Under the pieces are notes generated by a model. It ran no database searches. It was not told the origin of the DNA and saw only the letters and a list, made by a program, of their open reading frames with translations. From Octopus vulgaris (Eukaryota), in assembly GCA_951406725.2 (NCBI GenBank), contig OX597814.1, positions 167,586,001 to 167,650,000 of the forward strand: a DNA stretch of 64,000 nt, given 5' to 3'. The translations under genes and the position numbers were made by a program. Of the stretch, positions 11,816-23,516 are shown piece by piece. Position 1 is the first letter of the stretch. Each line of letters starts with the position of its first letter.

Positions 11816-13237
11816 CTCCACATAATCACTCAATCCCTTATTTCTAGCAGCTAAATCTTCCTCAAATCTCAATTCAACATCTTTACGGTTTTTTTTTGTT
11901 TTTTTAATGTGAAATGTAAGTTCATATTAGACAATGTAATCTAAGAAACTCTATAGGGTAGGGTGATTGGATGTTATGGCTTGACTGTCTAATGTGTTAG
12001 ACCATATGTCTGCTATATCAGAGCTATGTCTAAACGACAAAGGAGTGTTCTTTAATACTGACATTTACTTGAAAATTCAACATTTTTCATAAAACTGCAA
12101 AATCTACTAAGATCAAAATCCTTCTTCTATAATTAATTAACAAATAATTTTGTTTTTCTTTTTTTGTTTATATAGCAAAAGTCATGTAGTTAGCATTGTT
12201 TTCAGTTAAATAAGTTATCAGAAAAAGAAAAATTGTGAGGTCATGGGGAAAACTGAAATTTCACTTGTATATCTGCCAAATTGTTTCATAGATTTTTTTT
12301 GGACCAAATACACGTTCTTTGATACATAATATTATGTGCTGTTAATGATTAGCAATAATCGAAGATGTTAGGCTAGAAGAAATCTGGAATTACATACTTA
12401 TGTCTCACATAAAATGGTTATGACAAAATAGAAGGATGTGAATCAGACTTTCTAAAGACAATGCTAAAAGCTTTGAGAAACAAGAAATGAATATAATCAT
12501 GAAAATCAAGTTGATTCATTCAGCAAAGATATAAACATTTCATGTAAACTTTTGTGTGATAGACAATAAATGAGTGGTTGAAAATAAAAGAGAGATGCAT
12601 TTTTCTAATGTTTATGCATTTCTCAGATGATTATATACTTAGTCAAATTTTGTTTTACAATTCTTTAATCAATTTTTTTCATTATTTTGTATGTGTAACA
12701 AAAATTGACAAAATGATGCTGGAGAGAAAGGGTATCCAGCTATAGGAATTATTTCTTCAACCGTATTAATGCAAACATTCAAATTTGCAAAAACACAATC
12801 TCACTCATAAATGAATGGATGTAAAACAAAAAAAAAAAGGAGATATTGAAAATTAACTGCTCTTAGATGATATAAAGAAAGCTTGCCTCATCATAGTAAT
12901 CTCCACTTCACTCTTATCCTCTTTTTGTAATCTGTATTGTATAATTTTATGACTGATAATGTATCAGTTCTTGGGTTAAAGGTTTTCTTGATTTATACTA
13001 CCCTTACTCTTTACCTCAAAGAAAGTCAGAAATGTTGCAGATGACGATAATTAACATACTTGTGATGGTGGTGAATAACAGGTATTTTGTTAATTTGGAA
13101 ACACATGTTAGACATGTTTGTATCATCTTCATTAAGATTATTTATTTTAGTTTAATGAAGTAACAAAACAAAAGTAAATAATTTTCATTGGGCTATAAAT
13201 TGTATGTATATTGTGTACATATGTTTGTGTGTATGCA

Positions 13238-13275
<38 letters not shown>

Positions 13276-13552
13276 AAGAAGGAAGTAAATTCAGTTATAT
13301 AGCCAAACAAAACCTTATGTTTTGTGTTCCATGGAAGATAAGCTGCATAAACATTACTGGGAAAGTGTTTTTTCTTATACTTTTTCTTTTGATAGGCCTG
13401 TAACTATGAAAGAACTAAGACAGCAGATGTATTTAACATATGTAATACTGCTAAAATCATTTACACCACTCCCAGCTGTTTGCTTTTCCAGGTGACACAT
13501 TAGTTATTACTCATTTAGTCTTTTGCAATATTTTTTTAAAAAGTTCTTTTCT

Positions 13553-13930
13553 TGCAGTCATGGCTGTCTGGTTAAGTAGCTTGCTTTGCAACCCACATGG
13601 TTTCAGGTTCAGTCCTACTGCACAGCACCTTAGGTAAATGTCTTCTGCTCTAACCCCAGGCCAATCAATGCCATGGAAGGGAAATTGGAGAGAAACTGCG
13701 AAAGCCCATTGATATGTATATATGTGTGCAGGTGTCTGTGTTTGTCCTCACCCACCATCACTTGATAAACGGTGTTGGTTTGTTTATATCCCTGTAATTT
13801 AGTAGTTCTAAAAAAAGACAAATAAAATGGAGACAGGGCATTTTGTTTGAATAAACCCTTTAAGGTGGAGTCCCAGCATAACCACACTCCAATAACTGAA
13901 ACAAGTAATAGGGAAAAGAATAATAAAAGA
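13553..13930 (+). mobile_element. SINE family A, diverged
   Basis: tggctgtctggttaagtagcttgct...ggttcagtcctactg...actgaaacaagtaa. Confidence 0.8.
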
Positions 13931-14688
13931 GACAAATTTACAAATCCTGAATTTGCAAAGATTTTACTGATATCTTTGCTCTTTTTATAATTCAAAACCA
14001 TTCTTCAACACCTTCTTTAAGAACAAATCTGCTGCTATTTTTCATTTGAAAAATTGTTTTTAGCATTTCTAAAATCATTATTTTTGAGATTTTTTTTTTT
14101 TTCAATTTTGTTAGTCATCCCTTTCCCTTTTCTGTTTTGAGTGTTAGAATTTGAAACGTTTATTTTCATCAGGATTTTATTTCCCTTTTTCATTATTTCT
14201 TGGATAACATTCAAGTCTTGTTTAGTATGTATGTGTATTTATTACTCCACATGGTTTTGTCAATGCTGGAAAAGATTCGTTTTTGAGTGTTTGTGGCCAA
14301 AGGTGAAATGGATAGAACAATTTTGAAGAAGTTTGAGTTTTATCTAGCAACAATCTGGTTGTATGTTGTCAGAATAGAACATTAAAATAATGTTAGGAGA
14401 GAGATTCCTGATAAGTTTAATGTATTGGACAGGAAGTGGTAAAGTTGGAAATAATCTCAGCTCAATCATGCTATAATTTATAGCATGATTAAGTATTGGG
14501 TTGCATTAAGTTTTATTAAGAAGATGGTATGTATATGTGATAAAAAGGGAACGAGAATGATGAAATGTCATAAACTGATTAATAGTATCCAAAGTAACAG
14601 AAAAATTGAGACAGTTTAGATTGAATTTGCAAAAATTAATGTTAACTGAAAGAGTAGCTTTCATTTTAAATGTTGTAGCGATTGTTTT

Positions 14689-14720
<32 letters not shown>

Positions 14721-14779
14721 TATATTTCATTTTTATTTCTATTTATTTTGTTTTCATTTCTTGAATTTGTAATAATTTT

Positions 14780-14935
14780 TCCCAATATAGATGCATAAGG
14801 CTTGAAATTTTAGTGGGAGGAGTTAGTCAATTTCATTGACCCCAGAATTTGACTGGTAATTCATTTCATTAACCCTGGAAGGATGAAAGGTGAAGTTGAC
14901 TCCAGCAGGATTTGAACTTACACTGTAAATAGACA
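14780..14935 (-). mobile_element. SINE family C fragment
   Basis: gactggtaattcatttcattaaccctggaaggatgaaaggtgaagttgac, the reverse-complement Meta-like domain. Confidence 0.7.
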
Positions 14936-14963
14936 ATATATATATATATATATATGTATATAT

Positions 14964-15157
14964 CATCATCATCATCATCATTGTTTAACGTCCGTTCTCC
15001 ATGCTAGCATGGGTTGGACGGTTCGACTGGGGATCTGGGAAGCCAGAAGGCTGCACCAGGCTCCAGTCTGATCTGGCAGTGTTTCTACAGCTGGATGCCC
15101 TTCCTAACGCCAACCACTCTGTGAGTGTAGTGGGTGCTTTTTACGTGCCACCTGCAC
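14964..15157 (-). mobile_element. RTE LINE 3' fragment inside (TA)n
   Basis: Same 3' end and (CAT)n tail, with TA runs on both sides. Confidence 0.92.
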
Positions 15158-15187
15158 TGTACATATATATATATATATATATATGAG

Positions 15188-15488
15188 TGTATTTTTACCT
15201 TGTTAACAATTAACACGGAAAAAATAAATAAATAGTTACCAGGGCAGCAAAAATCTCACAAGTAAAGGTGTTGTAACTCCTTGTTTATAAAGGTAGAAAC
15301 TTCGTGTTTACGTTGAATATTGTGAAGGAGTTACAACACCTTTACTTGTGACACCTGCGTTGACTCCATTTTTTTATTCATATTATTCAAAATATTCAAC
15401 GTAAACACGAAGTTTCTACCTTTATAAACAAGGAGTTACAACACCTTTACTTGTGAATACTTGCGTTAACTCCATTTTTTATTCGTAT
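15188..15488. repeat. Foldback element with perfect 66-bp inverted arms, related to 46230-46420
   Basis: 15256-15321 is the reverse complement of 15391-15456. Shares gttaccaggg.agcaaaa and aaaggta.aaact with 46287-46352. Confidence 0.9.
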
Positions 15489-15559
15489 ATATATATATAT
15501 ATATATATATATCTCCTCTGCATCCTTCTCCAGCTGAGCATTCCTAATCTTGCAGGCTT

Positions 15560-15775
15560 GTGGGTGCTGGTGCCACATAAAAAGCACCTCTACTGATGCC
15601 ATGTAAAAGCACCCAGTACACTTTGTAAAGTGGTTGGCATTAGGAAGGGCATCCAGTCATTGAAACCAAGCCAAAACAGACATGGAGCCTGGACAGCTTT
15701 TCAGAAGGCCAGCTCTTGTCAAACTGTCCTACCCATGCCAGCATGAAAAACGGGTGTTAAATGATGATGATGATC
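15560..15775 (+). mobile_element. Older RTE-type 3' end fragment
   Basis: aaaagcaccc...gtggttggcattaggaagggcatccag...acccatgccagcatg...gatgatgatgat. Confidence 0.75.
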
Positions 15776-15823
15776 ACTAGACATTTTCTAACAATTCTGT
15801 TAACCTTGTTTCAACTGTGTCTA

Positions 15824-15990
15824 ATTTAGGTACAAGGACAGCAATTTTAGTGGGAGAAGCTAGATGATTATATTAACTTATGCTTGTCTGTTACTTAGAA
15901 AGATAAAGTTGGCCCATGTAGAATTTGAATACAACATGTAAAGAGCTTGAAGAAATATTACAAAGCACTTTTTTTGACATGCTAATAACT
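15824..15990 (-). mobile_element. SINE family C, diverged
   Basis: aatttaggtacaagg...agaatttgaat...catgctaataactctgccaa. Confidence 0.6.
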
Positions 15991-16333
15991 CTGCCAACCT
16001 TGTAATAATTAAAACAAAATATCTACAAAATCTAACACAAGCAACAAGTATAATTTGCTGTCTGTATAACAAAACAGCATAAAAAGCCTAAACAAACAAG
16101 TCATATGTAATTTAAAATATTAATAGTGAAAAATCGAAGACAACTTAATTAATATGAGTTTTCCAAACTTCCTTGTTTTTTGTATTTTTCTCTTTTCTGG
16201 TCTACTTGTTGATCTTCTTCAGTTGCCCTATTTCTACACATATTTTGACTCAGTCCAAACATAGAACTTTATTTCTAGTGCAGTAGATTTCAACACTGTC
16301 TGATGATGCCTCAGCCTTATAGAATTCCTTTAA

Positions 16334-16554
16334 CCCTTTAGCATTCAAACCGGCCATATCCAGCCAGAATATTTAGCCTGTTTTATATTGAAACTGACCA
16401 GAGCTTGCCTCTTACCTCAGCCCTACCATGTCATTCTATAACTAAAAAAACCACATCACTGCAATCTCTAAACTACAAGATAATAAATGATTAATTCAAA
16501 ACAATATAAATAAACAAACATCACATTTGAGAGAGTAATCTGAACACTAAAGGG
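16334..16554. mobile_element. piggyBac-type MITE, family P1
   Basis: TTAA on both sides; TIRs ccctttagcattca and tgaacactaaaggg; reverse-complement match to 60422-60640 and 55558-55778. Confidence 0.9.
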
Positions 16555-16869
16555 TTAAATTTTGATTTATCTTATTGATTATTCAACTGTTGAGATATTT
16601 ACTCCTCATTTCAGTAATGTTAGCTATAAATTTCAGAAGTCTGTATGAGGTTTTCTTATTGAGTTCTCAACACTTTGTGTACAGTTTGATTTTTTTTTTT
16701 TTTTTTTTTTTTTTTGAAACTTAGGCTGGGAACTTTATTGTGTAGGGATACGTAAATTCCATATTGCACCATGTATTTTTTTATTGGTTTCACTCCTAGG
16801 ACTGTGGCCATGCTGAAGCACCACCTTAATTTATTTCCGATCAGCTTCGTTGTCTCTTTATGGTTGGAA

Positions 16870-17125
16870 GTTGGTCTATGACTGAGTCTGTATCAACTTA
16901 TCTTCCTCGAATGTATCCTCAAATGGTTGGCTAGTCCAGTATCATTATTAGGTGTATATCCAATGTTTTTTTTTAATATTTCAGTAGAGGTTCCTTTTAT
17001 ATTTCTGATTTCTTTAGGCAAGAACATAAACAGTTGATGACCTCTAATTATCGACTGGTACATTAGAGTGTTTTTGCTCATGATGTCGAAGGTGGTGTAT
17101 TTGGAAGCTGACAGTGTCTAGTTCT
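16870..17125 (-). pseudogene. C-terminal relic of a CR1/L2-group LINE ORF2
   Basis: RGHQLFMFLPKEIRNIKGTSTEILKK then LDIHLIMILD*P resembles the conserved G..LFN.LP..IR....FK..LD..L..IPD.P terminus. Confidence 0.55.
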
Positions 17126-18989
17126 ATTATCCTAAACTTTTGTTTTTTCTTTTGATCAGAGCTTTGTGCTGTTCTCTTTTTATCTTCAAAAATTCCATTT
17201 TGCTTTTGTAATCATTGCTCAAAATGTATTGGATTTCATATATGCTAGTTTTTAATTCATTGATATATATATATATATATATATAAAGAGAGAGAGAAAG
17301 AATAGATTTCATTGTGTTCAAGTCTCTATGAACTATAGTTTGTAATTTCATTTTTTTTTTCTCTGTCTTCTTACACAGTTATGATATTTTATCATCTTTA
17401 AATTCTTTGTGGCTTATTGGCCAAATTTTTATCATCAGACAGAGCTATGGAATTCTCTTGTTGATGATTGGAAATTTACACTGGAGATATATAGTCTGGA
17501 AAAAATCATACAACTCTTACAAGAATCCTTCTGAAAAATGCAGGGATGTATTTAAATGTATAACAGTTATATGAAACCTTGACTGCATACATTATCACCA
17601 CTGTGCTATAAAAAGAAAAATAATCCATTTGTAGCTATATTTCTTTTGAAATACACTGTTTATGTGTTTCACTCAATTTGGAAAATAATCAAGGATTCTG
17701 AGGGACTCAGTAAAATAATGAAAGTTTGATTATTAAACTGACATTTAGAACAACAAAAGGGTTCCTAAAGGGTATAATTCCAGTGTGAATACATTGTAAC
17801 AAGGAATTTTCTATCCTAAAACCAACAGCATACTCAGGCTGATTGGTATTGAAAAGGTCAACACTAATATGATAGAAAATTAGCCATTATTGGTACATAT
17901 GTACAGGCTATTAAATATTAATGTAAATGACGATGGTTGTATTTGAAAACCAGGCTTACAATGATCGAACTAGCTAGCTGTTTTGTGTATATTAATGTTG
18001 TAAAATATCTTTATTCTAATCGTCAGAGTAAATTATAAACAGCCTTATATATCATGATTGCTTTGTTCTTTAAATCCCTCACACATCACATTTGAGGCAG
18101 TATATTTTGCATCAAAATTTATAAATGGAACTTTTTGTTCTAGCTTATCACATCACATTGGAACAGAGATCCATATTTTTTAATGAGTATGGTGAGTTTT
18201 TGTATGTTAGTGAATTTTTTGGCTTCTTAATTTCCCCACTTTAAAAAAAAATCATGCAAGGTAACAAAAGTTTATAAACACCCCCCCACACACACACACG
18301 CGCACATGATGGTAACAATGATTTATCTCACCTCATGAGAAGACAGACAGGTGGAAAATCTGTTTCTCACAAATGACTTCTAAGACAAAATAATTTACAA
18401 AATAGTAAAGTGATCAAAAACTTAAAGCAAAATGTAGCAAGGAAACCAGTAACTCTAAGTAAAAACTGATTTGAACTGTGACAACTCATCTAACTCATGG
18501 CAGTATTGAAAAATTTTTAAATGATGCACTGAGTCATCATTACAGGGAGATACATTTAATGTCTGAGAGCTACAAGTGTTTAAGTTCAGATAGGCCAAGC
18601 AATTGCACTATAATAACACAATAGATTATAGTTACATACAAACACAACACTGCACTTACTAAAAATGTAAGAAAGTTTTAAAATAAATAAACTATAAACT
18701 TAAAGAATAAAAGTGTATCATCACCATCATCATTTTAACATCCACTGCTTCCATGCTCCATGCTTGAATGGATTAAGTGTGTAGGGTAGAGTTTCTGCAG
18801 CATTTCCAGGTTCCAGCCCTCACTTGTTTCCAAAGTGATAATCTCCTAGTCTGTTGAGCAGTGAACAGCCTAGACATTGCTATATAGAAAACAAGGAACA
18901 AATTATACCATTTCTGTGATCCTTTTGTTTATAATCAGTGAACATATGTGAAGTCAAAGGGAAACATAAAACTCATGAATATAGACAAA

Positions 18990-19451
18990 TATTCTGTTCA
19001 ATCCCACAGTTTTGCTTGTCAGTTGTTTGACCATAACCAGTTGAGTATGTCCCTTGATGGGTAACAATAGTGCATCTCTGATCATGGACCAAAATAGTTG
19101 GAGAGCATCATAGCCATGTATTGAGAATTCATAGCCATGTGTTGAATTCTTTGGGGTTTTAACAATTCACTTTTGGAAATATGGGTGTTTCATTTAACAT
19201 TCTTAAACAACCCTTATTCAGGGACCTTTTAAGTGGAATGGGCTACTTGACCTGAAGAAAATTCTAACTGGGCAGGTCATGTGCTGTTTATCTTGATATG
19301 ATATCACCTGCACACGTATGGTTCTGATGCATGTGCCTGCTGTAGCCTTATCAGACAGGTAATCATGATGGGTATACTGGGCTTTGTATATTTTACCCCA
19401 GTGTCACTTTGATGGCATGCACTGCTCTTTCACTTAACAATAATAATAATA
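18990..19451 (+). mobile_element. Unclassified interspersed repeat ending in (AAT)n, probably a non-LTR 3' end
   Basis: GC-richer block ending ...gatggcatgcactgctctttcacttaacaataataataat. Only one copy in the window. Confidence 0.4.
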
Positions 19452-19971
19452 GAACATAGATGGTAAAGAAATAGAAAATACAGAACAGGTGTTTTTTGTG
19501 TTATGAGAATGTATCGATCATGTCAGATTGCTAAATATCCGTAGGAAGGGTATAACAATATCTTAAATAATAATTTAGAACTGAAAAGTAATTTTATAAG
19601 TAGCATGAAAGATGGCAGTCTTTTATATAAATGAAGATAGAACTAGCAGTAAGATCAATACCATGAAGACATTTAGAAAATCATTAACATAGTTTTAAAG
19701 GATCTATATTGAACTAGTGAAATTTTGCATAGCAATCTTTGACATTCCTACAACTGTACATATCGAATATAGGTCAGAATGCAGCATTCAGAACAGAATT
19801 TATTGATGTTCAATCTACTGATTATTTGTGTTGCCAGGCCAACACATCCCCCAGCAAAGTTATAACAGCAACAACCACAATATAAGTTGTTATAATAATA
19901 ATAATGATTATAACAGCAGCAGCAATAACAACAATAATGATTAAGATGATGATGATATTTTTTTTTTTTAA

Positions 19972-20312
19972 TTTAGGCACAAGGCCTGAAATTTTGGGGG
20001 AGGGGACTGGTTAATTACATTGACCTGTGTTCAACTGGTACTTATTTTATTGACCCCGCAAAAGGCAAAGTTGATCTCACAATAATAATAATGATGATGA
20101 TTTCAAATTTTTGGCTCAGTGCCAGCAGTTTTGGGGGAAAGTAGGAAGTCAATTACATTAACCCCAGTATTTGACTGGTACTTATTTTATCAACCCTGAA
20201 AGGATGAAAAGCTAAGTTGACCTCAGCAGAATTTGAACTCAGAAAGTAGAGGCTTATGAAATGCCACTAAACATTTTGTCTGACATGCTAACAATTCTGC
20301 CAGTTTGCTGCT

Positions 20313-20356
<44 letters not shown>

Positions 20357-20480
20357 TTCTACTATTGGCACAAGGCCTGAAATTTTGATGGAGGGGAGTA
20401 GTCAATTACATTAACCCCAGTGTTTCACTGATTCTTAATTTATCAACCCCGAAAGAATGTAAGGCAAAGTCCACCTCCTT
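19972..20480 (-). mobile_element. Three tandem SINE family C copies (one near full length at 20100-20314) separated by (AAT)n
   Basis: Each has aattacatt.acc...acttattttat..accc..aaagga...aaag...aagttgacct, the reverse complement of cctttcatcctttcggggtcgataaa (Meta-domain-like). Confidence 0.8.
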
Positions 20481-20817
20481 AATAATAATAATAATTTCAG
20501 GAGTGGGTAAGCTGTGAGAACAATAACCATGTAACCATTTTTGAAATCTCTGACCTACTGGACGATCTACTGACTAGGAAATGTCAAGATACATCAACGT
20601 TTTTTATGTAACTTTATTTGATTTTGTAAAAGAACAATTTGGTTCATTTATTTCCATGGCTTATCAATTTGTACAGTGAGTTTCTTTGCTTTAGGTGTCA
20701 AGAAGACACTCAGCAAGAAATGGAAGCAAAACTGAAGGAAGAAGAAAAACAGTAATAATAGTTTTTGATTTAGATACAAAGACGCAATGATTTCTTTATT
20801 GGCCACGTGTGTCTATA

Positions 20818-23074
20818 CATCATCATCATCATCATCGTTTAGCGTCCGTTTTCCATGCTAGCATGGGTTGGACGGTTCAACTGGGGTCTGTGAAGCCAGA
20901 AGGCTTCATCAGGCCTAGTCAGATCTAGCAGTGTTTCTACGGCTGGATGCCCTTCCTAATGCCAACCACTCCGTGAGTGTAGTGGGTGCTTGTTATGTGC
21001 CACCCACACAGGTGCCAGACAGAGCTGGCAAACGGCCACGAACGGATGGTGCTTTTTATGTGCCACCGGCACGGGGGCCAGGCGAGGCTGGCAACAGACA
21101 CGAACGGATGGTGCTTTTTACGTGCCACCGGCACGAGGCCAGTCGGGGCGGTACTGGCAACGGTCACGAACGGATGGTTCTCTTACATGCCACCGGCACT
21201 GGTAACACATCTGCAATTTCCATTGATCAATTTCGATTCTGATCCTCACTTGCCTCAACAGGTCTTCACAAGTAGAGTTTTGTGTCCCAAGAAGGGAAGG
21301 TATGCATACGTAGGCTGGCTCCATCCCATGTAGAAGGCCACGGGTTATGGACTCACTTGTCCTGCCGGGTCTTCTCGCGCACAGCACACTTCCATAGGTC
21401 TCAGTCTCTAGTCATTTCCTCAGTGAGACCTAAAGTTCGAAGGTCGTGCTTCACCACCTCATCCCAGGTTTTCCTGGGTCTGCCTCTTCCGCAGGTTCCC
21501 TCAACCGCTAGGGTGTGGCACTTTTTCACACAACTATCTTCATCCATTCTCGCCACATGCCCATACCAGCGCAAACGTCTCTCTTGCACACCACAACTGA
21601 TGCTTCTTAGGTCCAGCTTTTCTCTCAAGGTACTTACACTCTGCCGAGTATGAATACTGACATTACACATCCATCGGAGCATACTGGCTTCATTTCTTGC
21701 GAGCTTACGCATATCCTCAGCAGTCACGGCCCATGTTTCCCTGCCATGTAGCATGGCTGTTCGTACACACGCATCATACAGTCTGCCTTTTACTCTGTGC
21801 GAGAGGCCTTTTGTCACCAGCAGAAGTAAGAGCTCTCTGAACTTTGCCCAAGCTATTCTTACTCTAGTAGTTACACTTTCAGCACACCCGCCCCCGCTGC
21901 TGACTTGGTCACCTAGGTAACGGAAGCTATCAACTATTTCTAGTTTTTCTCCCTGGAAAGTAAAGGAAGTTGGTCTCAGAGCATTTTCAGTGTTTATTGT
22001 TCCTGAGCATCTGCCACATACAAAAACCATCTTCCTAGTTAGCCTTCCTTTGACATTGCTGCACCTCTTATGTGTCCATAGCTTACACTTGGTGCATCTT
22101 ATAGAGTTTCTACCTACACCTTTTCTACAGATCGAGCAGGGCCATCTACCTGAAGGCGTTTGTGATTTGTCTACCTTCCTACTAATTACGACTTTGGTTT
22201 TAGCTAGATTGACTCTAAGGCCCTTCGATTCTAATCCTTGTTTCCACACCTGAAACTTCTCCTCCAGTTCTGATAGCGACTCAGCAATTAGAGCAAGGTC
22301 ATCAGCATAGAGGAGCTCCCAAGGGCATCCTGTCTTGAATTCCTCCGTTATTGCCTGGAGGACTATGATAAATAGGAGGGGGCTGAGGACTGAGCCTTGG
22401 TGGACCCCTACCTCTACCCGGAATTCTTCACTGTACTCGTTGCCAACCCTCACCTTACTAGTAGCGTCCCGCACAGCTCTCACTAACCATTCATCTATCC
22501 CTAGTTTCCTCATTGACCACCAGATAAGGGATCGGGGGACCCTGTCGAAGGCTTTCTCCATGTCAACAAAAGCCAGGTACAGGGGCTTATCTTTGGTTAA
22601 GTATTTCTCCTGCAGCTGCCTTACCAGGAATATAGCATCAGTGGTACTTTTCCCTGGCACAAACCCAAACTGCATCTCATCTAAACTAACTCTCTCTCTA
22701 ATTAGTTGGGCTATGACCCTCTCCGTAACCTTCATCACCTGATCCAACAGCTTGATACCTCTGTAGTTATTTGTATCTAGGGTGTCACCTTTACCTTTGT
22801 AGCAGTTGACTATTATGCTGCTACACCAGTCATTGGGTATGACTCCTTTGTGTATCACCTGATTAACTATACGGGTGACTAGGCTATAGCCGACACTACC
22901 AGACATTTTGAGCATCTCTGCAGTGATTCCTGATGGGCCTGGGGCTTTCCCTGTCTTCATGCTTCTAATTGCCTTAACTACCACGGAACTATCAACTCCG
23001 ATAGCTGGTCCCTCTGTTGGGTCAACATTCGGCAGATTCTCTTTATCCCATTCATTTTCTTTATACAGCAACCT
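20818..23074 (-). mobile_element. 5'-truncated RTE-clade LINE, copy 2
   Basis: Colinear with copy 1 and extends about 150 bp further 5'; has the 3' UTR repeats and (GAT)n tail. Confidence 0.95.
21401..23071 (-). CDS. RTE LINE reverse transcriptase (partial ORF) with internal PHD-like finger
   Basis: Motifs KAPGPSGI, NYRGIKLL, QFGF, DMEKAFD, QGSVLSP, YADD and FRYLG. Has a 4-aa in-frame deletion relative to copy 1 (VRAVR-DATSK). Confidence 0.93.
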   Translation of the reverse strand: MLYKENEWDKENLPNVDPTEGPAIGVDSSVVVKAIRSMKTGKAPGPSGITAEMLKMSGSVGYSLVTRIVNQVIHKGVIPNDWCSSIIVNCYKGKGDTLDTNNYRGIKLLDQVMKVTERVIAQLIRERVSLDEMQFGFVPGKSTTDAIFLVRQLQEKYLTKDKPLYLAFVDMEKAFDRVPRSLIWWSMRKLGIDEWLVRAVRDATSKVRVGNEYSEEFRVEVGVHQGSVLSPLLFIIVLQAITEEFKTGCPWELLYADDLALIAESLSELEEKFQVWKQGLESKGLRVNLAKTKVVISRKVDKSQTPSGRWPCSICRKGVGRNSIRCTKCKLWTHKRCSNVKGRLTRKMVFVCGRCSGTINTENALRPTSFTFQGEKLEIVDSFRYLGDQVSSGGGCAESVTTRVRIAWAKFRELLLLLVTKGLSHRVKGRLYDACVRTAMLHGRETWAVTAEDMRKLARNEASMLRWMCNVSIHTRQSVSTLREKLDLRSISCGVQERRLRWYGHVARMDEDSCVKKCHTLAVEGTCGRGRPRKTWDEVVKHDLRTLGLTEEMTRD

Positions 23075-23315
23075 ACATACAATACATACAATACAAAATG
23101 TGTCATAGAAAATAGGTTACAAATTTAGATGTACATGCATATATATATGTGTATGTATGTATGTATATAACAAATGCTGGGTGAGGTGGAAAATATGACA
23201 GTTTAGAAATTTAATACACAAAAGAAATGCAAACAAAATAAATCCATCTTCACAGAAGTAAGAACTTGTCAGCTACATTGGATCAGAGTACCCCCACAGC
23301 TCTGATTATCTACAC

Positions 23316-23516
23316 CAGTGGTTTTCAACCAGGGTTCTGCCAGTACAGTCCAGGGGTTCCGCAAGAAGTTACAAAACTGCTAAAATCGGCAGTAATTCTT
23401 AATTCTCCTGTGCAGATATTTGTGCATAAGACTATTAAATTATTGCACAGGGTTTCCTCGAGCTAGTGGAATGTTTCCTTGGGGTTCCACTCCTGCAAAA
23501 AGGTTGAAAAGCACTA
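23316..23516 (+). mobile_element. hAT (Charlie-like) MITE, family H1
   Basis: TIRs cagtggttttcaacc and ggttgaaaagcacta; perfect 8-bp TSD atctacac; second copy at 58925. Confidence 0.93.

Noticed and set aside
16299-16320. CTGATGA as another hammerhead core (also at 40212)
   Set aside because: No stem II followed by GAAA. The 40212 match is antisense to PLE coding sequence.
20990-21205. Regularly spaced gtgccacc repeats as a CRISPR-like array
   Set aside because: The intervening segments are homologous to each other, the array is in a LINE UTR, and there are no cas genes.
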